Positions 1 through 12,800 are shown, numbered from the stretch's first letter. The stretch: DNA of 64,000 bases from Eledone cirrhosa (GCA_964016885.1 OZ024747.1:88288001-88352000); one strand, 5' to 3'. Numbers and translations: made by a program. Notes: a model not told the origin generated them from the letters alone.

Positions 1-175
1 TCCGAGAAATTCGTTGGTGTTACTTTCTCATTGAGGATGAGCTCCATGTTATTTGTAAAGCAGAGATCCAGGATATTCTCACCTTTTGTTGGATGAAGTA
101 CCATTTATTCCATGAAAAGTCTGTTTGTAAGGTCCTGCAAGGATTTTGTCTGGCTTTGTTCAAGTGCTGTCATTC

Positions 176-178
<3 letters not shown>
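1..178 (-). mobile_element. LINE (CR1/L2-like) APE endonuclease fragment
   Basis: Minus-strand translation LQDLTNRLFME*MVLHPTKGENILDLCFTNNMELILNEKVTPTNFS matches the PT.g.n.LDL.ftn...SDH end of LINE endonucleases. It has an in-frame stop and runs off the window edge. Confidence 0.8.
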
Positions 179-219
<41 letters not shown>

Positions 220-629
220 AATATTTTTTTATTTTGTGTGTCTTACAATGATATTGGAATTGATGATATAACATAGTTAAGTTGCCTTATAATTTTGTTG
301 TTGTCATTCAGTATAAATGTATATTGAGATATATCTACTAACTGCTGAGTGATTTCTCTTTTAAATGCTATGAAATGAGAAGTGATATGGAACAATTTTG
401 GGGGAAGAGCTGGATCAACAAGCTTACTTTACTGAATTCTCTAATTAACATATCAAAGATGGAAGTTTTTTTTTCAGTAGATTATTATTATTTAAATTTG
501 AGCAAAACCTTCTGGTCTTATCACTTTTAAGTTTGATTTAAATTAAACTTCAAAGTGATATTATTAGTCATAGTAGTAGTAATGGTAGTAATAGTGTTGT
601 TGTTGTTGTTTTTTATTATTATTATTATT

Positions 630-848
630 AGGGCGATGGATTGGCAGTATCGGTAGAGCGTCGAACAACATGCTTTGCAGCATAGAGTTATGGCCCTTTG
701 CGTTCTGAGTTCAAATCTCGCTGAGGTTAGCTTTGCCTTTCATCCTTATGGGGGTTGATAAAATAAAGCACCAGTAATGCACTGGGGTCGATTTAATCGA
801 TTTCCCCCTCCCCCAAAAATTGCTGGCCTTGTGCCTATAGTAGAAATC
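630..848 (+). mobile_element. Octopus-type tRNA-derived SINE (family A), full length
   Basis: A-box-like TGGCAGTATCGGT, B-box-like GAGTTCAAATC, core CTTTGCCTTTCATCCTTA.GGGGT.GATAAAATAAAG.ACCAG, tail GCTGGCCTTGTGCCTA and (ATT)n. More than 12 related copies are in the window. Confidence 0.85.
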
Positions 849-2529
849 ATTATTATTATTATTTGATAATGATGATGTTGATAATTACAATGATTCTCTG
901 AAGTTTTTCACTTTATATCTCAGTGCTGAAGATTGAACCTGTCTTTTTATAAATAATTTTTCCAAAATTAAATCTAACATTTTAAGTGAAACAATTTTGA
1001 TGTATGGAAATTAATCAATCAGTTTATAAAATAATATTTACTTTCTTGGTGACAAAAAAATGAAAGTATAGAAATATTATTTTTTGAAAACTTATTCATA
1101 CTCACTTATGTCATTTTATTTAATGCCTCAATGTTTTGGATATCTTTTAGCTCAGTTTAGGAATAACTTTTACAACAATATTTTAAACTTTAGAAATTGA
1201 AATGAAGAAATAGTAGCACCTTGATCAAAATGCCTTGTGATAATTGTTTTCATAGTTTATATGAAGCATTGTAAAGTATATTGTTTTGAGAAAGCTATAG
1301 AGTAAAATAAAGTTAGAAAAACAAAACAACAGCCTCACACTGAAATATTATAAAATATGAGGTAAACGTATAAACTTGTTATTTTCCTCTGTTTACTCTA
1401 TGCTAGTTTTCACTGTTTCATTTTTAACTTGCATTGTACTAACTTTTCCCAAACCATCCTAACCAATTATTTACATATGCCAAGGTATACTTAGCCTTTT
1501 GTATTTATTATCTACTAATTGTAGGGTCAACTATATACATTTCCTTAGAAATGTATAGTTTTGTGCTAATATAAGAAATCATTTTTAACTCTAACTTGTT
1601 TTAAATCATAAAAAGAAAGTATTTGAAAAATTCAATTTCTTTTGTAAAGAAATTTAACAAACACGAGAGATTTACAAAGTCGTTCAATCCCAGTTTGCTA
1701 TTTACTTTGCTTTCCATACCTCCTCATTTAGAACTGCATGCCTATTATGTTTACATTATTTCTTATTTAAATCTCCTTGTATTTAGGCCTTATTTTCTGG
1801 AGTTTTTAACACCATAACATAAATGGTTTAAACTGTACCTCATATTAAAATGGGAAATTAAAAGCAAATACTGAAATAAGAATTTAAAATTCCTTTAGAG
1901 GATCTTCAAACAACTAGAGAATATTCATTAATACAAAGATCTTTCTTTGGTATAGTTGAACTAAAAAAATATTTTATCAAAATTAAAGTATATAATTTAT
2001 ATTTGTATTCTGGGCATTTTTTTTTTCTTCAGAATTGATAAACACAAATAATATTGTATAACTATACTTAAAATATATCTCTCAGTAAGAAATTTCTCCC
2101 ATTTTCGTATAATGCCTTATTGTAAATCTCTTCAATTATGCCAAATTATAGTTTCTTTCCTCTCAATATTTTAATGAGAATACAGCATAATTCTTGCCTT
2201 GCCAAATATTGAATATTACATTTTACTACCCTGTTAAATTGTCTTATTTATATTGTTGATTGCAACAACTTTCTACAGTTTATGAAAACTTCATATATTG
2301 TTTTATAATAATAGTTCCAGCCATGCAAATTTAAAATTATTTCTTAGATTTACAGGATCAAAAATAATTATTTAGTATATCATTATTATTAATGGTCGAC
2401 CACTATTACACAAATGTTGACAAGAAGGAATGGACACAATGTAATGGAATATAAAATATTTTTGTTGTTTATTTCAATAAATATGCTGTATAAATAGCTT
2501 TTTATGTATGTGAATGCACAATACAAAAA

Positions 2530-2554
2530 TACACACACATATATATACACATGC

Positions 2555-2616
<62 letters not shown>

Positions 2617-2985
2617 ATACACACAGACTTCCAGATGGCCGACTGAATACGCTCGTGTGTTTTTTTTCTCCCCAATTCTTTTTCCTCATTTTCCCTGTTC
2701 CTTCCTCTCATCACTCTTTACTTTCTATTTATAACTCTATCTTCTGTATAAGTATTAAACTAATACATTTCTTCTATGTACTGTGCCGTTCGTTATGTTT
2801 ACATACATATACCTATATCTATATATATACATATATATGTATGTATATATGTATGTATATATGTATGTATATATATGTATATATATGTGTATATATATGC
2901 ACATATATATACATATATATATATATAAGTATATATATATAAGTATATATATATATATACATACACACACACACACACACACATA
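2530..2985. repeat. (TA)n/(CA)n microsatellite cluster
   Basis: Directly visible; explains the YI/HT-repeat ORFs. Confidence 0.95.
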
Positions 2986-3544
2986 TCAATCTTCTTTCAT
3001 AAAATAATTTTTTTAAATCTCTAACAAATATTTCGAATGAACTGTCACCTAGAATTATTCAAATAGAATTGATATGAATTTCGGATCACACTTCACCCTT
3101 TTCTGAGAGAGAAAGAAAGTCAATCATGATGATTAATCACTGAAAATCTTTTTCTACCTTTAGCATGGGACATCTTAAATAATTCCTAACCATAAGGACC
3201 AACAGAATATGCAGTGAATTAAATTTTTTTCGGGTTTTGTCGAATTCCCGAATTTTAATTATTGCCATATTTTGTTGAAAAGGTATTACCAGTATTAATT
3301 TATGGAAATTTAACTCAAGAGATTTATTTCCTTCATTAATCTTCAGCACACTGTGGGTGACTAAATGAGCCATGTGAGTAATCTCTCCTTAATAGATATT
3401 GCAGTGTCAAGGGAAACAACTCATAAGAATCACTAGCATGCTAAACGTTAAATAAACTAGTTTTACAAAGGATGAACTCCACTTCAGAAACAAATGTATA
3501 TGGGTGGGGGTTCTTGAAGGGCACCAGGAGGTGACCAGGCATCT

Positions 3545-3672
3545 ATATTTTATAGAGAAATTATTTCTACAAGACTAGAAGTGGTTCATTGATATGAAAT
3601 CATCACTTACGATGATTTCTTATGAATGAAATATTTCTAGTCTTGTAGAAGTCATTTCTATGTAAAATATAT
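3545..3672. mobile_element. Degenerate inverted dimer of a hammerhead-bearing Penelope-like terminal repeat (same family as 54553-54692 and 61860-62035)
   Basis: TTCTACAAGACTAGAA...ATGAAATCATC / GATGATTTCTTATGAATGAAATATTTCTAGTCTTGTAGAA are inverted copies. The core has decayed (CTGATGA lost). Confidence 0.6.
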
Positions 3673-3831
3673 ATTGTTGCCATTTCTTTCTGAACAATCA
3701 TTTATTATATTTTCTTATTTATAAGTTTTGTGAAATATTTTCCTACAACTGAAATACCAAAGCTGCCATTTTAAAACTTAAAAATACCAGTTAAATCTGT
3801 TAATATTTTAAAAATATAAAATAGGATTTCC

Positions 3832-4034
3832 TTAACCTTTTAGCATTTAAACTAGCCGTGTCTGGCCAGAATTCTGTCACCTCTTTCTGTTCAAACTGGC
3901 CACTCATACTGATGTTAAGGTATTGTTCTCAAAATAAATATCAAAATCTCATAGATTCGATATTATGTGAGATAAAACCTTTACCGTGGAAATACAATAG
4001 TAAATATAGAGTAATGTAAATGTTAAAGGGTTAA
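3832..4034. mobile_element. piggyBac-type MITE (~200 bp)
   Basis: TTAA-CCTTTTAGCATTTA ... TAAATGTTAAAGGG-TTAA termini; six copies in the window. Confidence 0.85.
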
Positions 4035-4191
4035 TTGGGTAAACCTGTATAGAATTACTATTTATTACACACTGCTACAGTTTCAGTATAATTTACACAT
4101 GAATTTGAATTCTGTGGAGTGAATGTGTTTTGATACATACATTTTACAAACATTTTTTGTGTGTGTTTATAAATATATATATATATATATA

Positions 4192-4890
4192 TATCATCAT
4201 CCTTTAATGTCCATTTTCCATGCTAGCATGAGTTACCCCATTGTGAGACAAGCCAGGGCTGATAACCATGTCTTGCTCATACAGAACTGATTCTGGCTTG
4301 GTTTCTATGCCTGGATGCTCTTCCTAACACTAACCACATTTACAGTGCATACTGGGTGCTTTTTGTTGTGTCACCTACATGACCACTTTATAGTGTGGGC
4401 TGGGTGCTTTTTGTTGTGTCACCTACATCACCACTATACAGTGTGGGCTGGGCTCTTTTTGTCATGATACCTACATGATCATTTTATTGTGTGGGCTGGA
4501 TGCTTTTTTATCATGTTGCCAATTTACAGTGGGAGCTGAGGACTTGGCTAGGTAGATCTATAAGCATGCATGAGGGGGCAGGGTGTTCAGGTGTATGCTT
4601 CAACCTGTACACACAGGATGGCGGGTCTACTGTATTACTTCACAATGCCAGAGATTTCGATCCTCTGTCATCACCTTCGAGAGGTGCATTGTGCAAGGTA
4701 AGCTTTTATCACCTCATCCCAAGTCTTCCTATACCATAGCTTCCATCAACCTTGAGCCCATGCACCTTTTTATAGAGCTATCATCCTTCTTACGCATCAC
4801 ATATCCATACCAGTGCATTCTCCTCTCCGGCACACTGCATCTGACTCCTCTTATACCCAGTCTCTCTCTCAGTTCATTTATGCTTTGCCA
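4192..4890 (-). mobile_element. RTE-clade LINE 3' end
   Basis: Shares the 3' UTR (CATGCTAGCATG, GGTTTCTA..CTGGATGC.CTTCCTAAC) and ~40-bp tandem units with the RT-containing copy at 6430-7885; (GAT)n tail. Confidence 0.8.
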
Positions 4891-6182
4891 TACATGTATA
4901 TATTTGTGTGTGTGAAATGGTATTCATTACATGTGATAGAGTTAATGTATTTGAGTTTCTGATTACATGTTATTCAAAAGATTTGTTACCTGAAGTATAG
5001 CATGCTGTGCAAAACACTGAACAGCAATGGAATAAACCATCAGCTTAGAATGAAGATAAATAAATATAAATTAAACTTATGATATATTTTAATTGCAGAG
5101 AATAATTAATGTTAACATGTGTGTGGTCTTCAATTGCACTGAGAAATGAGTAGAAACTTTGAAAACAAACCATTTATGTTATCTACTTCTGATGACAATT
5201 TTATTAACATCCTACAGAGATAAATAATTTATATGTCCTTTTATTTCTTAAGATTATCACAAAATCCAGTTTTTTAAGTGTTTTTTTTTAATCTACTTTA
5301 TAAGAGTAATTTTAGTGATCTTTTTATCAAGTGCTTTTTTAAAAATCTTTTATACCTCTTAGTGCTACAATAGTTAGTAAGGTTATAGTTTCAAAAGCTA
5401 GATTTTTATTTATTATATATTTAGATGCAGATTTCTTTAAATGGAAGTATAATATATTTAAAGAAAGTAAAGAAAAATATCTGTTTCTTTTTCTCTCCTC
5501 TTAGACTGGGAAAATGCTGGTTTATTAAATTTAAAAAAAATGATACTTTACAAAATGAAATGCCTAAACCATAATTTGGTTTAAAACATTTTTTCTTTAC
5601 TTAAAGAAAAGAAAAAAACTTAATTGTTGTAATCTGAGACCACAAACTATGTTGATCATCTGATCCCAGTGTAAGAATGTTGTTCCAGCCTATTTAAACG
5701 ATGGCAGCTTGATTGAAACAAAAATACAACAGAAAGACATCAAACAATAGTTTAGAAGTTTGGGATAGCCTTCAAAGGCTAAACATTATTGCCAAAATTA
5801 GATAAACCTATTGGAAATAAATAATTTGCAAGAAACAATTTGTTTTATTGATTTAAAAAAAAAAATTGAATATAAGTTTGTATTACATTGTCGAAGATTA
5901 TTGTGTTCTATTAGTTCCATTTGAATAACTACTTGCTGTATAATTCTCACCATTGTGTCAATTTCCTTTCATTGTTTTACTGATTTCAAGGATTAGTCAA
6001 TCATATTAACCCAAGTACCCTTTTTTTCAATAAACTCAAGACAATTAACAAAGAAAGGACAAGACAACGAACAGAAACAAAACAAAACAAAAAAAAAATT
6101 ATAAAAAAAAAAAAAATTCAAACGAAGGACTCAAGACTCCATGGTCATCAGCCATTGAGATGTACTTGGCAGTTTTGACCCC

Positions 6183-6430
6183 TACCAACAGTACTACTGG
6201 TCCATCTGGGGTCACAGTGTCTGAGATAACCGAAACACTGTCCAAAGGAGTAAGAGACAAAAGGTAAACATTAATCTATAGCCATTAATTTTATGACATT
6301 AGGGAAAATGTCTGGTGCCTCCTAGAGAACGTGATACAGGAGTAAAACAAAAAAAAAAGTAAATAGGATTCTGTGTTAAAAACATGTAAGCCATTACAAT
6401 AAATGAAGGAAAAGAGATATGTATGTGTAT
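6183..6430 (+). repeat. Left ~250-bp direct repeat flanking the RTE insertion
   Basis: Aligns by eye with 7895-8165 (CGAAACACTGTCCAAAGGAGTAAGAGA...GGGAAAATGTCTGGTGCCTC...TGTGTTAAAAACATGTAA). Confidence 0.9.
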
Positions 6431-7885
6431 CATCATCACCGTTTTACATCCGTTCTTCCATGCTAGCATGGGTTAGATGGGTTGTCCTGTTGTGGGCAGT
6501 GTCTGGTTGGCTGGCCATGCCTTGCTCATACAGAAACTGATTTTGGCTTGGTTTCTACAGCTGGATGCCCTTCCTAACACCAACCTCATTTGCAGTGAGT
6601 GCTGGGTGCTTTTTTCCGTGGCGCCTACACATCCACTTTACAGTGTGGGCTGGGTGCTTTTTTGCCGTGGCACCTCCACGACCACTTTGCAGTGGGAGGG
6701 TGTCGGGGCATATTGTCTATATGCTTCAGCTTGTACCCATGGGAGGTCGGGTACTCTATTACTGTGTGACGCTAGAGGTCACGGTCGTGTGTCATCGCCT
6801 TTGAGAGGTGTAATTGGGTAAGGTCGGCTTTTATCACCTCATCCCAGGTCTTCGGAGCATGCTGGCTTTGTTTCTTTTTAATCTACATAAGTCTTCCACC
6901 TTCAGCGCCCAGGTCTCACTACCATGTAACATTGCTGTTCGGATACACGCATCATACAGTCTGCCTTTCATTTTGAGGGAGAAGCCTTTTGCAGCTAGTA
7001 GTGGCAGTAGTTCCCTGAACTTCTTCCATCCCGTTCTTACCCTAGTTATTGTACTTTCTGCTAATTCGGTCACCTAGGTAGCAGAAGCTGTCTGTTTCTA
7101 CAGAGCCCTCCCAGAGATTGGTGGTACTTGTTTCCTGTGGCTGTTTGCAGCTTGCTGTCCCAGCACAGCTGCTACATGTGAAGTCTACATTCTTAATTAA
7201 GCTTCCTGAGATCCCGCTACATCTCTTGTGTACCCATTGTTTGCATTTGGGGCAGAGAATGGAGTTCCTACCTACACACTGAGCAAGGCCATTTCCTTGA
7301 GGGGATCTGGGTTCTGTTTTCTCGTCTATTTACAAGGACCTTAGTCTTTGTCATGTTCACTTGGAGACCCTTTCTTTCTAGTCGCTGCTTCCAAGTTTGG
7401 AATTTCTTCTCTAGTTCTACCATAGATTCAGCTATAAGTGCGAGGTCATCTGCATACAGGAGTTCCCATGGGCATCCGGTCTTAAACTCCTCCGTTATTG
7501 CCTGCAGGACTATGATGAACAGGAGAGGGCTAAGAAAAGAACCCTGGTGGACACCAACCTGTACGCTAAATTCCTCACTATACTCATTGCTAATCCTAAC
7601 TTTGCTGACTGCTCCCCTATACATGGCTTGTACAGCTTTCACAAGCCATTCATCTACTCCTAGTTTTCTAAGAGCCCACCAGATTATAGCACATGGAACT
7701 CTGTCAAAGGCTTTCTCGAGATCGACGAATGCCAGGTAGAGTGGCTTACTTTTAGCTAGGTACTTTTCCTGTAACTGCCTCAAAAGGAAGAGGGCATCAG
7801 TGGTGCCTCTTTCTGGTACAAACCCAAATTGCATCTCATCTAGTTTCACCCGGTCCCTAATCAACTGTGCTATAATTCTTTCTGT
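6430..7885 (-). mobile_element. 5'-truncated RTE-clade LINE with reverse transcriptase
   Basis: The ORFs at 7268-7978 and 6834-7073 contain QFGF..GTTDA, FVDLEKAFDRVP, GVHQGS.LSPLLF, LYADDL and MLHGSETW, followed by a 3' UTR and (GAT)n tail. The frame is disrupted. Confidence 0.95.
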
Positions 7886-7894
7886 AGGATTCTT

Positions 7895-8165
7895 TACCAA
7901 TGTACTGCAGGTCCGTCTGCGGTCACAGCATCTGACATAATCGAAACACTGTCCAAAGGAGTAAGAGATAAAGGGCAAACATTAATCTATAGCCATTAAG
8001 TTACCAAAAATCATACAATTTTATGACGTTAGGGAAAATGTCTGGTGCCTCTTAAAGAACGTGATACATGAGTGAAACAAAGAAAAAAGGGAAAAAAATG
8101 TAAATAGGATACTGTGTTAAAAACATGTAAACCATTGCAATAAATGAAGATATATATATGTATGT
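7895..8165 (+). repeat. Right ~270-bp direct repeat flanking the RTE insertion
   Basis: Diverged copy of 6183-6430. Confidence 0.9.
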
Positions 8166-8391
8166 AAGTAGTTTAAGGACATATACTTCTCGTAGGATTC
8201 TTTACGCCTAGCTAAACCATAGTCAGTGCCTGATTTGAGTGCAAATGGAGCAGTTTAAGGACGTATACCTCTCGAACGATCCTCTAGGATGTTTTACGGC
8301 CTACTAAACGCCGGTCAGTAACAAATTAGAGGACGAAAGAAGCACGTTATTTAGCTGGACTGTCGTCTATACGGAGGTGTTTCTTCATTGA

Positions 8392-8494
8392 AAAAAAAAA
8401 TATAAACGAAATGAATGGAGGTAATTCATTCGGAATAAGAAAATTGTTAGTGCATTGGCCTCAAGACGATGTTTTTAATGAATATAACTTCATA

Positions 8495-8531
<37 letters not shown>

Positions 8532-8636
8532 AATCCATCGTGACAATACCACCAATGTACTAATAATTTTTCTTATGAAAAATATATTTACTCCGAACAC
8601 CGAATTACCTCCCTTCGTTTCGTTTATATTTTTTAA
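8392..8636. repeat. Inverted repeat pair, possible MITE remnant
   Basis: AAAAAATATAAACGAAATGAATGGAGGTAATTC ... GAATTACCTCCCTTCGTTTCGTTTATATTTTTT. Confidence 0.6.
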
Positions 8637-10313
8637 AACAAAAAATGTGAAAAGTACCCATAAGTATGAGAATTCTACTCAGTAGAATTGCGGCCTTTGA
8701 GGTGGCGTGAAAGCGACTGACATTCGTTTCGTGGTGGCGTGCGATTGTTAAGTGGGCCAGTATCACATTACTGAAAAACTTACATTCTTAATTCCTTGTT
8801 TTTTAAGACACTTCATATACATTTAGGTTTTGGGAGATAACTGTTATTTTAAAAGTTACCTCCCTTTATGAAATGTACTTTTATAGAAAATACGCCTCTC
8901 AAAGTCTTTCGAATAAAGGAAATAGTAACACAACTTGTATATAATTGGTAAAGATTTCTTTATTATCAAAATAAACTGAACACAATTCGTATATAATATG
9001 TAAACTTTTTATTAACAGATACTTCAGGAAACTTCGCCAGTCCCACTTGTAAATACTTTCACAATCAAAACATTCTCTGTGGTTACGGCAAACGACACAG
9101 CAGGCTGGACATCTGTAAAAAATGTTAAACTTTATAAAATTCTTCCAATTTTTTTCTTTTACTATGCATACATTTAAATCCAGCAGAGAGGAAACGAGAA
9201 AACCTGTTCCTGCAGAATATATAACTGCCTACCTGTCGAAAGTGGTGGGTGAGCCATTGAGGGGTTGGGAAGTCGAGCGATAACATGCCAGATGATGCTG
9301 GTCAAACCAGCTAACCAACCTGTCATGTTGCACTAGATGGTATCAAAGCGGGTGAATGGAGGCCGTGATGGTTCTATGTTAAGCAGGTTAAAAAGTAAAG
9401 CGATATCGATCTAGCTAAGACTAATCAAAACTTAGATTTCATGGCCAAAACGAGACAGGTGTCAAAAGATTCTGGTTAATATTAGTAACCAGAATGTAGC
9501 AGCCAACATCATGTGAAAGAAGTGGTGGACACCTTCAAATAGCTAGGACCAAAAGAGATACCGATCAATTCTGCCATGGTAAAGCTGAATCACATCTAGT
9601 GTGACACCTATGGTACTCCAACGACTGACTTCACCTGTGGAACATGTTGAGGAAGTCCTCCAAAACGGAGAATATCATGACAGGAACTAGAAATATAATA
9701 TTTACCAAGTTGAATAATAATAAAAATACGCTAAATTCTATTTCATATTACCGTGGTGTTGCAGTAGCTAAACAAAACTATCGTTTAAGTAATTATTCTT
9801 GACATTATGGAGGGAATTAAACATAAAATGTTGCAATAAAACTGTTCAACATAAAATAAAGCTTCACTTTACCTCCTTATAAATAGTAAAATCCAAGTTT
9901 TTAACGTTTTTTTATTCAGGTTAGAAAATATGAAGTTGTTCCAGAGGCCATTTTATTTATTCTAAACAGAGTTACGAAGTACGTATGCGCAAATCGCGAA
10001 GTTGTGAGTTCGATTCTTTGCGTTGTGTTCTTCAGCAAGACACTTCATTTCAGGTTGCTCCAGATTACCCAGAATGAGGTCTATATATTTTTCTTAGAAG
10101 AAGATGTGTCTAGTGAAGAAGGTTTTCATAACGTTTATATGTATGTCTCTAAACAGGGAAGGTTTCTTCCTGTATGTTTGTGTCACCTGGTCAATTTAAT
10201 AAAGAAAGATGGCTGATCTACAGAGTAAGGTTTATAGAGAAAACAGAATGTATCTGTACATGTGTAGAGAGAAGCTTGAGTTTTATTTCTCAGAATGTAT
10301 GTAAATAGTGTCA

Positions 10314-10592
10314 AGATGCCGCAAGGTGGTCGTGGAGGTGCCACGGCAAAAAAGCACCCAGCCCACTGTAAAGTGGACGTGTAGGCGCCACGAAAAAGCA
10401 CCCAGCACTCACTGTAAATGAGGTTGGTGTTAGGAAGGGCATCCAGCTGTAGAAATCAAGCCAAATCAATTCCTGTATGAGCAAGGCATGGTCAGCCGAC
10501 CAGACACTGCCCACAACAGGACAACCCGTCTAACCCATGCTAGCGTGGAAGAACGGACGTAAAACGGTGATGATGATGATGATGATGATGAT
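10314..10592 (+). mobile_element. RTE LINE 3' tail only
   Basis: Near-identical reverse complement of 6430-6690; ends in (GAT)n. Confidence 0.9.
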
Positions 10593-10630
10593 GGCTGTGT
10601 TGAATTTCTTAGAAGAGGCAACTATGTATG

Positions 10631-10680
<50 letters not shown>

Positions 10681-10720
10681 ATATTAATAAATGGAAACTA
10701 TATATTTTTAAAACCATATT

Positions 10721-10786
10721 TATTCTATTATACATATTTCAAGGGCAACCAAGGCAAATTATGGTGCGCTTTCATCAGATAAAATA
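10721..10786 (-). ncRNA. Minimal type I hammerhead ribozyme motif
   Basis: TATTTTAT-CTGATGA-AAGCGCACC...GGTTGCCCTT-GAAA-TATGTA-TA-ATAGAATA. Confidence 0.7.
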
Positions 10787-11594
10787 CAGATTTGTTTTAT
10801 AAATAAATATTGACATACCCGGAAAAATTTTTTTTTCAACTTTATAACATTTAATCCTTGGAGTCATCTGAGATCTTAAAAAATCACTTCTAACTTCCTT
10901 ACTGTTTTTATAATATAATTAAGTGGTTATTCCTTTGTAAACTCTCGTAAATTTTTCATAAATTTAGAATTATTTGGATGTTTAAATTTTAACTTACAAC
11001 TTTTAATAAAATAAACTATACTAGATTTTCTCTAATGTAAAATACTATATATTTATTTAAATAATTTATAATCCTTAACACACATTTAAACCAATATATT
11101 ATTACTAACACATTTTAATATAATATAATTATTAATATTAAATTAAATCTTTAATATTAAGGCAAATTTTAATCTTTAATTTTGATTTCTAATTTTAATC
11201 TAATTTTTCAACCTATCATTATAAGTATTGTAATCAAAACGTAATGAACCCTGCATTATAAATATTATTCTTCCACGTTAATCTTATTTCTTCTTTCACT
11301 TAGATATACTTACGCTGTGTATATTTCTCCTTTGAAACTTATTCATTCACTCTATCTTCACTATCAATATGTATAATTCTATCTTTCTCCTTTCTGTTTT
11401 CTTTTTTTCTCTCTCCCTTACTTATCTTCTTCCAACAGTTTAATTTAAATAAACCGTTATCTTTTCAACCTTTCGGACACTCATAACTTTATATTACCCT
11501 CAATAAATGTACTATCTCCACTATCCAGGAAGCTCCAACCGTTAAGGTTGTCTTTTTTCCGGGTATGTCAATATTTATTTATAACACAAATCTG

Positions 11595-11660
11595 TATTTT
11601 ATCTGATGAAAGCGCACCATAATTTGCCTTGGTTGCCTTTGAAATATGTATAATAGAATA
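11595..11660 (+). ncRNA. Minimal type I hammerhead ribozyme motif
   Basis: Stem I TATTTTAT/ATAGAATA, CTGATGA at 11603, GAAA at 11641, quasi-palindromic stem III, UA cleavage site at 11651-11652. Confidence 0.7.
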
Positions 11661-12207
11661 AATATGGTTTTATAAATATAGTTTCCATTTATTAATATAT
11701 TGTGTATTTACTCCACTAATTTGTTGAGTGCTTTATATCAGTTATAAAAATGTTTAAGCTTGTTGAATCCCAACAAATTAAATATAACCTCAGCATATAT
11801 ATATATATAGATAAAAGGTAAACAGAAATAACAACACAATCGGTACAGTATATGGAAGGTAAAGAGAAAACTGTTTAGTTATGATGTCGAGTAGACCAAA
11901 GAGAAAGGTTTTTTCCTGTATAAAATGTTTAGTTTCTTAGACTAAAATGTACATTAAATACCTCTTAACGTGAACACAATATCGAAATATGGCTGATCGA
12001 CAGAATAAGGTTTATAGAAAATGTATCGGTATTGTGTAGAGAGAAGTTCAAATGTATGTATATAGAATACAATATCCAAAATGTGAGAGTTATTGCCATA
12101 TCTAATACAATGTATGTATATAGAAAGAAGGTTTAGTATACACAGTAAAGAAAACATTACATACCTCTTTACTTGGAAACAATATCCAAAATGATGGTTT
12201 GTAATTA

Positions 12208-12240
<33 letters not shown>

Positions 12241-12711
12241 ATTCCATCAAGGGGAAGTAACTCTAATCAAATTTCGAGCAAAATGGGTAGTACGGATTCC
12301 TCCCGGCCGCCAACATAGCTACGTGCCCTCGCAACGATTCGATCTTCATACACATAGAATGGTGACACCATACATAAGTAGGCGCCGAAGTCCGAACCGC
12401 TACGTGCATCGCCACAATACTATTGAGTAAATTAGTCATACTTTTTAAAATTTTATTTATTTATTTAAAAAAAGATATATATATATAGAAACGGAAAGAG
12501 GCGAGATAACGCGCCTCAAAATATATTACGTGTTACCTCACTCTCATTTCGTCTCTATTTATAAATTAATTTAGAAACTACTAGTATTTTGTACATATAT
12601 ATATACGAAACAATTAATATATAAGTAAATATACTTGTTTCTGGAAATAAAAAATGCAATTTATTGATTAAACCTAAATTTAGTATATATATAAAGTTTG
12701 TTAAAAGTTTA

Positions 12712-12800
12712 TCGCCAGGTTTCCTTGTTGTTCAGTGTCTCATAGTACAAGGCACTCCCTGGATAGGATGCTGGTCTATCGCAGGATTAACTCCCTGACT
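12712..12800 (-). mobile_element. SINE fragment with V-domain-like motif
   Basis: Minus strand AATCCTGCGATAGACCAGCATCCTATCCAGGGAGT, related to 35455-35706. Confidence 0.55.

Larger units (their letters stand above)
10675..11795 (+). mobile_element. Non-coding Penelope-like insert with inverted ~150-bp pseudo-LTRs, in (TA)n
   Basis: 10675-10827 is the reverse complement of 11553-11705. Each arm holds a hammerhead motif. Only the right arm has a ~90-bp extension. (TA)n lies on both sides. Confidence 0.75.

Noticed and set aside
630-730. tRNA gene
   Set aside because: A/B-box-like motifs belong to a multi-copy SINE head and do not form a complete cloverleaf.
2389-3007. Overlapping ORFs rich in YI/HT/CV repeats (also at 30217-30647, 36852-37991, 53914-54105, 61533-62318)
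   Set aside because: They are translations of (TA)n/(CA)n microsatellites, which lack stop codons.
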